Below the pieces are notes generated by a model. It made no database searches. It saw only the letters and a program-made list of their open reading frames with translations, and was not told the origin of the DNA. Position numbers and translations under genes: made by a program. A stretch of 60,624 bases of DNA, filler included, from Hausera hauseri (Eukaryota): NCBI GenBank assembly GCA_046269625.1. It is 10 parts of 10 records of this genome, joined end to end, with 100 filler letters (N's around TTAATTAATTAA, not from the genome) between each part and the next. Parts side by side here need not be neighbours in the genome. Positions count along the whole stretch, not along the records: positions 8,856 to 13,706 come from JBJURY010414478.1; positions 13,807 to 18,085 come from JBJURY010660885.1; positions 18,186 to 25,455 come from JBJURY010026119.1; 7 more parts are not named here. One strand, 5' to 3'. Below are positions 11,801-25,349 of this stretch, in pieces; position 1 is the stretch's first letter, and each line of letters begins with the position of its first letter.

Positions 11801-13020
11801 ATGAAACCAACGGCCATGCTCATATGTTACATGGACATATCGGAGTCAGCAAAACGACAGCCCTTGTAAAGGAGAAATTCTACTGGCTAGGTATGTCTTT
11901 TGATGTTAGAATAAGAATAGGAAAATGTAAAGAGTGCCAAGTCCGTAAAAATCAACGGACAGATAAAAATAGGGCACGTGGGTCCTTAAATGCTGGGAAT
12001 CTCGGAAAAAATATACATCGATGTAACAGTATCTCTTCCAGAAAGCAAAATTGGATGTAAATACATTTTGGGAATCATCGAAAACTTTTCAAAATACCCT
12101 ATGCTGATACCTCTGAAGAATATGACTGCCAAAACGATGTGCAAATCCACATTTAACAAGTGGATCTCGCAATATGAAGTCCCTGGCAGGATACATTCAG
12201 CTAAGGGTACTTCCTTCGAGAACGAGATCTTACATGAACTATGTGCACTTCCCGGAATAAGAGAATCCCGGAGTGCACTATACCATCTCCAGGGTGACGA
12301 GGTGATTGAGAGATTATTTGACACAGTGAAAGATATGCTTTACGCAACAGCAAAGTCATCCAGTTGTGAGGGGGAAGAAGCAATTCCCATTGTTAAATTC
12401 GGACTTAGAAATACAATTTGCAGAAGTACTGGATTCTCATCATTCGATGTGATATTTGTTCGAAAGATGAAGTCCGTCCATTCAGAAAATGATTCCACTA
12501 GAAAGGGAAAACCACAGGCACTATGCCACAAATCTTCAAAAACTGTTACAAGTATTTAGCCAACAGATCAAGGCTAAACACGAATTAAGAAAGCCGGTTG
12601 CAACAGGTACCGGCGTCAAGTGACCATTGGCGATATGGTAATGGTTAGAATATTACCTCGAATCAAAGGAATCGACGTCCCGAGATACTAAGAGCCACAT
12701 AAGGTGATCAGGAAACTGGGAAAACATACATACAGATTAAAAGGATTAGCGATGAAAGAATAATCGAGAGAAATGTGATGGATATCAAAAGATTAGGACT
12801 GCCACCGAATGACACGACAAATTCGGAGCAAGCTACAACGATCGTGTCGAAAAGTATCAAAAATTACCATCGATATTCAACACGAAGATACAGAGATACA
12901 TGAAGAGGACAAGATGCCAGAGGAGCAGCGGGTATCGACTGACGAAATAAGAGTGAGACGCAACCTAATATGAAACAAACAAAAGTCTAAAAGATACAGA
13001 ATTTAAAATCATCAAACAGG
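8900..13020 (+). mobile_element. Ty3/gypsy LTR retrotransposon internal region (gag-pol), heavily decayed
   Basis: Gag knuckles CWNCGSSSHILRNC and CKKCNKGHIEKFC. RT WNAPVVIV, AAPTTFQ and YLED at 10665-10676 (mutated YxDD). RNase H TDHKAL and NADVLSR. Integrase HGHIG...CKEC, GTSFE and IERLF. Confidence 0.92.
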
Positions 13021-13025
13021 GCGAC

Positions 13026-13170
13026 TGTGGAATATTTAATTTGTTTAAATATTCCAATTTGTGATAAACATTAATATTTTTTGGAAACTTATATTATTTG
13101 AAATTCAACAGAAAATATTCATGTGCAGAGTGATAAGCAAAAAATCGGATAACAATTAGTGTAAATAGTC
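13026..13170 (+). repeat. Probable 3' LTR start of the contig C element
   Basis: Purine-rich aaacagggcgac followed by TGTGG at 13026, right after the pol tail. The right boundary is uncertain. Confidence 0.4.
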
Positions 13171-14855
13171 GATACAAATATCCTATTTTTGCTGATCGAC
13201 ATGTATATAGATAATGTCATCAGAAAGAGCTGATGACAAAATTTTGAAGAATGGAGAGACAATAAAAATTTCACAGATCCTGTGTCAGACAACCAAAAAG
13301 TAATTCAAATTTTTTTAATTTTGGATGTATATATGCACACAGTCACTTAATCTTATAATATTTTGCATTTGAAATTGGTTTAATGAACCACCCATTTTGG
13401 ATCATCCACAAGACAAATGTATCACTAAAATATTAACACCGCATTTTTCACAAAACATACCTAAAAGGACGTTTACACATAAAATAATTCAAACACTTAT
13501 TAAATATGTGCATTCCTATTACTGTATATCAGGGAAACCCAAAAGTTCATGGTCAGTAAACAAAAACCCATTCATATACACATATTTATAAAAATAGTCT
13601 AATTAAATTCCTCAAAATATCAGTCTTCAAAAGTATAAACCATCATGCTCAATGGGCTTTGTCCGTCTATCAGCTAATTCTTGTATTCTACGCATGTACT
13701 ATTCTTNNNNNNNNNNNNNNNNNNNNNNNNNNNNNNNNNNNNNNNNNNNNTTAATTAATTAANNNNNNNNNNNNNNNNNNNNNNNNNNNNNNNNNNNNNN
13801 NNNNNNAAACGGAGAAAAACCACGAACAATGACCGATTAGTGGGTGTTTACCCTCCTGAAAGCGATCTAGTGTCAAGAATATTACAATTAAATTGACTTG
13901 TACTGACATTAATGATTACAAATACAATTTGAATGCTGGGATTTGATAAGTCAAATCATCCCAATGGCCTGATTTTACCGAGATACCTGGATTATTGTTG
14001 AATCACGATTCTTTCATATGAAGGCAGAGTAATTTTTTCCCGACAATGTAGATTGGAGTTAATTGCCGGGTGAATATAACATTACAACACACTTACGGTA
14101 AAAATTGAGATTAATTGAGACTAATTGACTCCCAGAAATTATAAAGGTTTTGTTCCCAATTGTTACTTTTATCCTTTACCTATTAGATATCAATCTTGTT
14201 GTCCAGTTAGAAGTTATGACGTTTAGCAAACGCAGTATAATGTTCGATAGAAATAGAATGATAATTAGCTGTGGGAGGATGGATCAGGACACCAGATATA
14301 AAGATATGAATTGTGAATCAAACCGTTATCACCAGTTGAGAGCGGAGGGAAATAGGTATGCTAATCATACACTAGTTAATCCTTAAATTAATATGGAAAA
14401 CGGAAAAGCAAATATACAACAAACTTATTCGGAGCAAGGCAGGATTACGACAGAATTCATCACGCACAACCGTAGATGGAATGACATTAGATATAAGATG
14501 TTAACCAAGAAGATTATATTATACAAAGCGAAACAGCACTCTGGCAAAAGGAGATTACCTTAAGAAGGATAAGAAAAGAGTAACAATACCAGGCGAAGAC
14601 AACATGATTGTCGGACTGCCACCGAACCCTAACGCCTTTAGACAATCCTTTTATGTATATGAGGAGTATATTTAAGCCGTTAGTCTTCAGTGTGGAAGTG
14701 AATCGCATATTGACCTCTAACATGATGAATGCGGAAATACTTACATACTTTGGTGCCTCGAGTGAGGATTCCCCACTCATCTCGGTATTAACATTGATAT
14801 TATACTATTCAATAAAATATGTTGATTTGGTCTTACAGGAAATGACCCAGAGAAA

Positions 14856-14975
14856 TGTGGAATCTGCTTCTGTGGGATCAACCTGCTCTATGCTCCGTTC
14901 ATGCATTGCACACACTTCACATGGATAAGATGTGCGTATTTTTGGCTTAGCGAACATCAGAATTGCCCCTTCTGT
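14856..14975 (+). pseudogene. RING finger remnant 1
   Basis: CGIC-FCGINLLYAPFMH-CTHFTWIRC-AYFW-LSEHQN-CPFC, frameshifted from the upstream ORF 14608-14850. Confidence 0.7.
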
Positions 14976-15514
14976 CTCTGAGAAACGTTAAGCTATAATT
15001 TCATAGGAACCACCCTGGTAGTTCGCTCAGATGACACTAATGAAGAAGTGGGAGAAAATCGCAACCGAATTTACTTGTTGTGAACCCACGGGATGCTACA
15101 TGAACCGCCGTCATGAAATATTTATAAATATAGCAATGTTACTGATCTGTTGGCGTGAAAATTTAAATAAATTCCTGTAGTATAAAATACCAGTTAGTCG
15201 ACATTGGTCGTTTATTATGTTGGTGATAGATAGTTCGCCCTCAATTAATTATGCTATATGACGTGAAGTTGCTCTAAAATGGAAGAAAGAGGAAGAAGAA
15301 ACAGTATTCTACTGTAACTGTTGTTTCGAATTAGTCGGAATAGAATCGCTAAGTATGATTGAAAAACAAATTCTATGGTCATTCCGCACAATCACCAATG
15401 AAGATTTAGAGGAAGTCGAAAAAATGATAAACGGTAGAACTTTAGAGAGTCATTAATAAGACGCAGAATAACGATTCATAAAATAATGAGATTCAAATTA
15501 ATTTTCTAATAGTT

Positions 15515-15757
15515 TGTTCAGTATGCCAGCGATATTTAGCAAATCAAGAAGAGAGACGAAGTTTCTGTACCTTATGTATATTCATAACCAAATTAAACAG
15601 AGGAGAACACCAGTTCGAATGCTGTCGTTGCAGTGAAAAACTGAAATCGGATTTAACAACCATGGATGAAAATTGTTTCCTGCTGTGTCCAGTCTGTGCA
15701 CTGACCTTGGAAGATATAGAAGAGTTGAACATATTATTCGAATTAAACGACTTATAA
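15515..15757 (+). pseudogene. Small protein with four CxxC pairs (two zinc sites)
   Basis: CSVC...CTLC...CCRC...CPVC in one open frame ending at TAA 15755-15757. AATAAA follows near 15775. No in-frame ATG. Confidence 0.6.
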
Positions 15758-15864
15758 ATTAATTGTTTTGCATAATAAATGTTTAAGATTTAATCGGTAA
15801 AGCTGCAAAGAAGTTAAAATAGTCAAGAGGTTTTACGCTAACATTGAATATTTATATTTTATAG

Positions 15865-16140
15865 AAATTTGCCCCATCTTGGATATTTTGACCACGGAAC
15901 AAATAACCTTGCCTTATGATCATCGGTACTTCCAGCACTGCATATTCACATGGCTATCCGAACAAACCACTTGCTCATGTTGCAAAAGTACATGCATACT
16001 TTGTTCGATGTGTCTCAGTCTACTGGCAACACGTCCACGTCAACGCGTCTTTTGTCCAACCTGCACAGCGGATCATTTTCAAATTTGTTAAACATGTTCT
16101 TCTTGCTACGAATTTATGGACTTTTATCTTCTGGGAGGAC
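15865..16140 (+). pseudogene. RING finger remnant 2 with a further Cys-rich region
   Basis: ICPI.LDILTTEQITLPYDHRYFQHCIFTWLSEQTTCSCCK followed by CSMC and CPTC. Preceded by a plausible 68-nt intron (GT 15797, CTAAC branch, AG 15864). Confidence 0.65.
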
Positions 16141-16194
16141 TAGTTACTTATTTGGACATTGACGGTCGACTATCAAGAATCCTCATAATAGATC

Positions 16195-16334
16195 AAAACG
16201 AGGAGGAATGGCCGGATGAATGGAGAAACCACCGACCGTTTATGATCACAAACTTATAAGTTTATATATATGAATCATTTGTAAACTATTGTACATAAAC
16301 TGTAATAAAGCTAACCAAGTTATCTCATTTCACA
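16195..16334 (+). repeat. Putative polypurine tract and short 3' LTR
   Basis: aaaacgaggaggaa then TG at 16209, a TATATA-like box, AATAAA at 16304 and CA at 16332/16334. No second copy in the window. Confidence 0.4.
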
Positions 16335-16599
16335 AAGAGATTATTATTAATTCTATTAAGATTCCCCTTGCCTATTGTGCAGAAGGCACACCTTGGGCTA
16401 TGGATTCCAGGTCCATTACCCTCACATGGCACCAAATATCCACTCCATTTATAGTCTACAAGGAACTTTCACACCTATAGGAATGGTCCGTGCAATCTGC
16501 CTAAACCAATACTCCATAAATCCTGCAGAGATAACCATTGCTAACATGAATTTTGTCGTTCTTGCTTGAGAGAGTGGTTACTAACATCTACATCCTGCT

Positions 16600-17410
16600 G
16601 GTTATGTAGAGAGAACGATGGGTTATTTCGCAACATTTCCGAGCATTATTACCGAATTTGATATGGTAGTAGCAAATAGATGACCGCGCGGGTGAAGGCG
16701 ACCGTCTTTGTCGTTGATGAAATACATTAGGGGAAGCAGCCCTAGAAAAACCTCGTCGAGGCAGAGTCAACTCATTTAATTTCTCGTTTATATTGTTAAT
16801 TATCTTTTGCAACATTTCATTGTATGTGCGTAATTGCTCAATTTGTTGATGCAGCATTGCATTTTGTTGTTGGTGGCTTGCTGTTAATGCTGCAGAGACA
16901 GTTGGTGTTGCGTGTGAGTGCAGCACTTCATAGGCTTTGTCCGCCAGTTTGGCTAACTTTTCCAGTGCCGTGGAGTCCTCGGCCACAGTTACCAAAGCTC
17001 TTATTTGAAAGGGGAATGCATGTAAAAAGTAACAACGAAGAAGTTCTGGACTATGCTCAGATGTTACGCCAAGGGTATTGATGTGAGACAAAGACGTTCG
17101 AAAGAATTCAGAAGGCTTCTGTAGGCTCATGGCTTTGTCATCGAAGAACCTTTAAATGATAGAGTTGATTGACGGCTCAGTGAGCTTAAGAATGGCGTTA
17201 TAAAGTTGAGCATATGGATCGGTGTGGTGAAGAATGTCGATGATGTTTGTAATTTTGGTTTTAATAAAAGCAGGTAAATGAAAAAACAGTCTGTTGGCTT
17301 TGGATAAGGCGTTGACGACGCTTTGTGATTGGAGCTAGAAATGATGAAGTTGTAACCATGTTTTGATAGAATTTTGGCCATTGAGGAAGTATTCTGTGCA
17401 GGGTGAATGA
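16600..17410 (-). mobile_element. Ty3/gypsy gag (related to the contig F gag), truncated
   Basis: DPYAQLYNAILK...KPSEF...LEKLAKLADK...RSPSPARSSICYYHIKFGNNARKC (CxYHxxFG gag knuckle). Clearly similar to 31776-32186. Confidence 0.85.
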
Positions 17411-18185
17411 GTGGGGAGTGTGTGCTGTGTCGAAGTATTTGAAGCACTTTGTTTGGGTAAGTGATAGAGATCGGTGGTTTGGTGCGTTTGTCCGTGGTAT
17501 CAATAGTGAGTGGTGAATCCATGCCACTAGGGATGCGGAAATATATGTAAAGACAGATATTAGATGATGAAGATTGCAGAGTTCCAACGAGATGTACCGT
17601 GGAGCCGTGGTGTGTGAGGTAAAAGTCAGGTGAGCGAAGGAAAGTGTATATAAAGTTATATATTGCCGCCTTGTTTAAATGTGTTACTGCATTTGTGCAA
17701 ATGTGCTTGTTGTTTACGAAAAAGAATAGCAAATAAGGAGAGGTCGTGCATCCGGGGGCGTGTCGTGGGACGGCAACAAAGGGTGTCGTCTGACCCAATG
17801 GTATAGGGTTGGCGGCCGGGGATTCAGCGGGTCGCAAATTTCGGGGTAGCCGAATTCCCCGCAGAAATGGTGGGTTCAAGCCGCGTATTACCGGGCATGT
17901 ATATTTGACGAGTACTGTAATCAGATAGTTTCACAATCAGGGTGTAAATATTTTCTTTGCCCGTTTGGAAAACCCAAATATTCTTTGTCAGTAAGATATG
18001 AAAGGAAAAGAATCCCGGTGCAACGGCGGATAAAACTGGTGACAGGTGTCGGAATTTATCTGTGGTATTTTTGTCAAGGGTAAATNNNNNNNNNNNNNNN
18101 NNNNNNNNNNNNNNNNNNNNNNNNNNNNNTTAATTAATTAANNNNNNNNNNNNNNNNNNNNNNNNNNNNNNNNNNNNNNNNNNNN

Positions 18186-18514
18186 TAATACAAGATCTTT
18201 GATCGTTTACTTTTCAATTTAGTTAGGGCTGTAACCACGCCTATTACATATAACTGATTTCCGTTTATTAGCTTGTGGCTTATTTTGCTGCTTTTAATCA
18301 ATTTCAGTTTTAGAATTTCTATCATAGCCTTACTGAAATAGATTTTTTCTGTTCCAGTATCTACTATTGCTTCTATTTTGACTTTATTTATGGTTATAGT
18401 TGTGGTTGCTGTGTTGTTTGAACCATCGTTTATGAATGCCATCGTCGTGTTGCTCCGTGAGATCATAGTAATGATGTTATATTTATTCGGGTAATTCGTT
18501 ATCTGGAACAACAT
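18186..18514 (-). mobile_element. Retrotransposon aspartic protease fragment
   Basis: ITINKVKIEAIVDTGTEKIYFS (DTG catalytic motif). Cut by the contig end. Confidence 0.8.
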
Positions 18515-21500
18515 ATAAAGGTTTTCACTGAAATACCTGAAGGGTGAAGTCCGGGGGCGGTCCGGTACGTAAAATACCTACGCCTTTGATCCGACCTATT
18601 CGCAACCCACACCCGTACTGTAAAACTCAAATGTGTATGGCATATATTTCAATTCAAACTAAAAACGCACTTCTAGTGCTCATATAATGTATGGCCCTGA
18701 CTAAAGACATACTTCCACTCAGACGTTAGCGCTTGAAGACACATTGGTCATGACGCACTTATAATTTCCCGGGAACAAGAATGGATTCTTGTACTATTAC
18801 GCTTCAGGTATCTATGTTCGTTTAAAGATTACTAAATACGCTCTAAATCGTTTTTACTTTTCGATGCGTAGACATATGTTGAATTTTCAGAAACCGATAT
18901 ACAACACACTCTGAGTGTAAATTCTATTTACATAAACAAAATCGCTCATACGGATCAATAGTTTATTTAAGGCATACACAACTGCAATATTTGACTTACG
19001 TCCGTTTTACCTTATTACATGCTGTACATACTTTCAGATTATTCTCTTAGTGTCACTTGCGATCTGATGCCACGTAAAACTTTTGGGGGAATGAAATTCC
19101 CTTTTTTATCCTTCAAGGTTTATCCGCTCAATCCTTTTCCGTTTACGGGTTTCGATATTATCCATGGTCAACCATCGCCAGAGATGCCGAAGGCTCGAGA
19201 AGTATCTATTGTCATTCTCCGGGAATTTCGACTCGCACATTCTAACAATCGTTCGTTTTTCTTTCGATCGATGTCATTCATGATTATCCCAATAACTCCA
19301 ATTTATCATTCAGAATGTTCATATATTCCGGAATTATTGTAATTTTTAACATAGGATAAAGAGTTAACAAGGGCACAACATAGACGTATGACTTTTATAT
19401 TCCACAAACTTTGTACACAAACAAGATGCCAGATCATAATTGGTACTCCCATTAACTATTTTATTATTAGCAGATTATTCATTGTTCATTATATTAATGA
19501 GTCTCGTCCTTCTCGGACTTTTATAAACACTACCAACTCTCCATGACCACGCCTCCATTGACCCCACCAAACACTCCTGGCCACCACCCATCATACAAAA
19601 TTTAAGTCACCTTCAAACTATCAAGCTAACTGGTCGAAAGGGATCCAAAATAGGTATGGTACTCATTATTCATTTATTTATCTTCCCTAGTCGACATAAG
19701 CTAATTGGTATAATATAACAATATGTGGAATAAACACAAAATTAAAACAAACGCGAACACCATACAATAATCCTGTCCTACGGTTTATAATAACCTCGTA
19801 AGGCATGTTTAAAATTTGATTCGACATATTTGTGGTTTTTCTGCAGAACTTATAGAATTTATATATTCGATTATCAATTTATGGTACGAGATCAAAGTGG
19901 CAATTCTATATTAAGAATTTCTAAATAAACTATCATAATGTACGATACCGTCAATGTAACATCTCAATTAGATTAACAGAACCAAGCACTGAGGTCATAA
20001 TACAAGATCGGGCGTAGTCATGAATTCATCAGCTTCTAATCCGCTAGTCCTTCCGAATTACCTTGTGATTCGGTTCCCATCGATGCGGATCAAATCAAGA
20101 TTTTAATCAAATTAAAACTTTCTAAATCATTCGCACAATACATGATTCCGCTACTATGCCTAATACAATAATGCCGTAAACAAACCTTCCATAACGACTT
20201 ATATTTATAAACTACACATTACAGATTTATCGGTTTGGAGTCGTTTTCAGCATTATGCGACGCATCCTGAACATCCGACACTATCCAATTTCCTGGGATC
20301 ACCATTCAATAGCTATAATTATCCTACTGCAATCATGAATCATAGACACAGTCATATGTGAATCCACCACTTTTCGTTCGAACTTCTCTGAATAAATATT
20401 TCATTCGATTATTCACATCTTCACCATGAGCCCTGAGTTTCATTTACCCTTTTTTAGTCTTTCATCTGTCTCATCATACGCCTATGTTCACCAGGTATTC
20501 TGAAAAGCTCTCGGTTGTCCAATAACCATCGCTCTCATAGTATTGTACGTTCAGCATGACAATGATCAAAGGGGTCGACTATTTCGAGCATTAACGATAA
20601 TGAATATGAGCGACTATTTCAAATATTAACACAATAGTCGATATGATCAACTATTTCTCCAAATACCCAAGATTTCCTAGCGTTTCAATTAAATATTGTC
20701 TTAAGCATAGCAAATAAAAATAGGGTAAAGGGATTACTGCATATCTTTCCTTGCGACTAACATGAACGTAATGTTTATGGATTAATAACACCATCATCAA
20801 CAACTAATAAAAGGAAATCGGTCCGCCAACACGATACTGCCAGTCGAAAGATAATCATCCGATTTCAAATTTATATCCATCTCTCAAACGTTATAAAAAT
20901 ACAAATGTGGTTTTGCGACGCACACACATGCGTCATGATACTATTTATATTATATATCTATGTTAATCGTTCGAAGTACATGCGTAATGCTACAATGTTT
21001 ATATTTATATATTTAAGTCAATTATTCGAAGTATCAGTCCGAATGCGACGAGTATAATCTAATGTCAAAACCTTTCATGTAAATTACGCAATGAAGCATA
21101 ATCACAACCATTAAAACGGTATGTCGACACTACGCATTAAAATACACGTGCTGTTGAGAATTCCTCGCTTTTGGTCCGTGAGACCTTCCGGATTATTCAC
21201 AATTTAATTTCTCGTGATGTAAATCAGATCTGAAATTGAAAGTCAAGAAATTTTCTGAAATTAAGTCAACCTGATTATACTATAAATAAAACAATCAAAT
21301 CATCTGTATACAATCTATTTTCGTAACCACAGATTGATTTTGGATTTACCATTTCATTTACATATCTCACTCGCATATTGTATACTATAAAATTAAATTA
21401 TTTATTACATCCAATCGTTTATCCAGTACAATCCGGGGCTGCCATCATTCTACCATGGGTCCTGAGTTTCGTTTACCCTTTTTCGATTTCCATTTGCTTT

Positions 21501-22521
21501 GCTATACATCCTTATTCATTAGGTGTTCCGATGAACTTGCGGTCAACCAATAATCGTTGCTTCCATGGCTTTATCACCCAATTTCCGATCCATGCTGAAC
21601 ATCATAAGCAAACCATTTGCGCAACCCCTCTTCAATACCAATTTTCAACTTAATTTCCGAAAAATTTATTTGTTATGACAAAATTACACAATTAGAAAAT
21701 AACGACAAATCAAATAAATAAACTGAAAAGAAAATTACCCAAATCTCTTACGGGTGAAGCGTTGACATTGACGTTATTTCCTTCTGCCATTATTGGTTAT
21801 AACGATAAGTTTTGTAATACTGCAATAAACTTTAATTTCTTGATAAATCATAATATGTAAATACCTAGTCTTCTTGAGGTCCAACAATGATTCTGTGGAT
21901 GTGAGAATGAATATCTACTGTTTTTGCGTGTTTTTGAGTGTTTATTGCACAGGTATTTATAGTGGGTCGTTCGACACCACAACGTTTGTTTCCATTTTTA
22001 GAAATGGAATTTTTTAATTTTCAAAATTGGAATGTTCGACACCATGTCGTTTCGTTCCATTTTTAGAAAATGGACTTTTAATTTTACATATTGTTTTTTG
22101 CATTTGCAATTTCAATTTTTTATAATTATTCAGGTTTATAATATTCAAAACTTATATTTTCTACAACCTATTCTACAACCTATTTTATAATTTACAGTTT
22201 TCAAATTATTCAATTTCGTTCTTCATAACATATCTTTCTTAATTTACTCATTTATTTTATAACGTATCTTTCCAGTTTACCCATCTAGAGCTAGGGATAC
22301 ATTAATTGTACAAAAGACAGGAAAAATAGGAATGTCCATCATGTGGGACTTAACATGTTAAAACAAAAGGAAATTGAGGCCAATTTTTTAATCAATTACA
22401 ATGTACATATTCATCACCAAAAATGTGTATCAATGAAGGTGTAGTTTCATCATCACAATGTTGTTTAAAGGTTCGTCATCACATCATCATCGCAATGTTG
22501 TTTAAGGGGTCGGAACAGTTC

Positions 22522-25245
22522 CACCACCATCTATTCGACCACTGATTTAGCTAAAGCATACCATCAAATACCGGTGGCACCCGACGACATAGAAAAAACG
22601 GCCGTCACTACTCATTTTGGTCTCTACGAATACCTGTTTATGTCATTCGGTTTGCGGAATGCCGCACAAACTTTTCAGCGGCACATTGATTCAATTCTTT
22701 TTGACTTCCCGTTTGCACATCCTTATATCGATGATATTCTGGTCGTTTCATCTTCGGCCAAAGAACATGAGGAACACCTTTGCGCAATATTCCAAAGTCT
22801 TAACCACCATAATCTCCAAGTCAATTTTGACAAATTCCATTTCTTCAAAAAGCGCATTAACTTTTTGGGCCACGGTATTTCACCAGACGGTCATTCTCCC
22901 CAACCAGACCGAGTCGAAGCTCTCAAAAACATCCAGTTGCCACGTACAGTCACCGAAATGCGCAGCTTCCTTGGCACACTACACTTTGTACATAAATATG
23001 TATCATATTGCTCCTAATTGACAGCATTATTCGCACACCTAAGCGGTGGCAAAAAAACATCAGCCAATGCAGTGGACACCTGAATTTGTTGACAAATTTG
23101 ATAAGCTACGCAAAGGAATTAAGACCGTCGATATTCTAGCTTTTCCCAAGCCTGATGCAGAACTTATCCTTACTACAGACGCGTCAACCACTGCAGTAGG
23201 CGCCGTACTCCACCAGATCTACAAGGGAGAAAACCAACCACTGGAATTTTTTTCTCGCAAGCTAACAGCACCTGAAACCAGACATTCCACGTTCGATCGA
23301 AAACTATTGGCCATCGTTCTCGCTCTAAAGCATTTCTCACACCTACTTGTCGCTCTTCATTTCACTATACAAGCCGATCACAAGCTCTTACTTAACATCA
23401 TGTCTATGAAACACCCTTCCACACTCCAAGAACGCCAAATATCATACTTATCGACATTTAACTTCGATATTAAACACATTAACGGGGTTAACAATTTAGG
23501 TGCTGATTTTTTATCTAGGTCGGTTAGTTCGACTAATTTGTCACCGATTTTTACGCAATATCAACTTCAACAGAACCAACCACCTCAGGACATGCTTGAT
23601 TCTTTCAAATCTTGCACAATCGTTGAATGCGTGGCTATAGACACCCACAAATCAAGCCATTCCGTAATAATTCTAGCACCATCATTGCAAAGGCAAGCAT
23701 TTCACAATGTGCATTCACTACACCATCCTGGTGCTAAAGCCACTTTTCGTCTACTCCATCAACAATTAATTTGGCCGTCAATGCGTTCTGATGTTCAGGC
23801 GTGGCTTAAGGAGTGTGTGGCTTGCCATTTAAAGCCACCACTGTTCCACTTTCCCTGCACATCGCGTTTCGAATCCGTGCATATCGACATCGTCGGCCCT
23901 CTTCCTCCATACAACGTCATCAATTCATTCTCACCATGATGGACCGTTCCTCGCGATGGCCAGAAGCCATCCCTCTGCGCAGCACAAATACCGACACTAT
24001 TGCTGACGTTTTCATTCTTACATGGATTAGCAGGTTTGGATCACCTTGCTTCATCATCACGAACCAGGGTCCACAGTTTGAATCCAACCTGTTCAAATCC
24101 CTTGTTAACTGATTGGGGATCCATCACATACATACTACGTCTTATCACCCCCAATCGAATGGCCCTTTAGAACGTTTCCATCGAACATGGAAAACGTCTC
24201 TAAGAATTCTTGCAGAGTCCAACACTAGTTGGACGAATCTTCTTCCGTTCGTTCTGCTCGGCTGGCGGAACATTCCGTCCACTTCTACAGGATGCTGACC
24301 TACTGAAGCCTTATTCGGAGCTCCTGTCCGATCATTATTCGAACTAACTGCCCTAGACGACACTCCGACGGATGAGACGATACGGATGGCGTAAAATCAC
24401 TTTGTCGATGTCAGCAAAAATTTGTTCTGCAGAATATTTCACAAAGACAAAACATACTTACCCAAAGATTTGTATTCGGCGAAATTCATATGGCTAATGA
24501 ATCAAGCGCCTTGGGGTTTCCAGCTGCGGTATCTGGGGCCCTATAAACTGATACAGCTACACTCGCACAACGTCATTATCTCTAAAGACGGCAAAGACCT
24601 TTTAATACACATTACCAACTTAAAGCCCGCTTTCTTTGTCGACGGCACCTTATCAACCGACACGTCAACCTGTTTTCTCACTCCTCCACTCCTTGCTATT
24701 CCTATATCTATTGCTACACCATTTCCACCTTCCTCTTCTGCGCCTAGTCCTGCTCCATCACTTTCTACACTTTCTACTTCTATTCCTACCACTCCCTCTG
24801 TATCATCTGCCTCTTCCACTATTTCACCCAACTCAATTCCAATCTCTACTCCAACTCTGTCCTCTTTTCCTTTATCCGCCACTACACCTTTCATCACTCC
24901 TTCGCCTTCTAACACTCTTTTCAATGCCTTTAACCATCCGTCTCCAACAATCCTTCTTCCTTCTTCGTCTTCTTCTATTTATCCCGCCTCATCTTCCACG
25001 ACACAACACCCCCACCAAAATCTAACAATTTTTCCCCAACCTCAACCTCTGCAAACAAACGAATCGCATAAACACACAACACGCAGAGTCACATTCAGCA
25101 AGTATAACAGGGAAAAATCAGTCGAAGGTACACAACGTCTTATTCACACTAAGCTCCACTGACACAAACCCTTTTCGTTTTGCGAATTTTTCTCTCTGTC
25201 CTTTTTTACTCTTCATAGTTTTAACCTTGCCACGAAGGTGGGTTA
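22522..25245 (+). mobile_element. Ty3/gypsy pol (5'-truncated RT, RNase H, integrase, S/T/P-rich tail)
   Basis: [55 protein letters not shown] and LERFHR. Frameshifted. Confidence 0.95.
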
Positions 25246-25349
25246 TGTGGTGCTCGCGTCGATCGTCGCCCTCTGGCCCATTCGGTTGGGAACGGCCGGG
25301 TTTCCGCTGCCGGCGCGTCGGGCACCTAGGCAGGCCCCGATCTTCCGCC
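25246..25349 (+). repeat. 3' LTR (about 104 bp)
   Basis: Follows the PPT-like gaaggtggg and starts TGTGG. Similarity to 27581-27685 (reverse) ends at the same base in both copies. Confidence 0.7.

Noticed and set aside
17127-17879. 250-aa ORF upstream of gag
   Set aside because: Spans LTR/leader sequence and overlaps the true gag N-terminus in another frame; no domain signal.
24541-24924. Antisense G/V/E-rich ORFs (also 27957-28388)
   Set aside because: Shadow of the S/T/P-rich sense strand, which lacks antisense stops because of composition.
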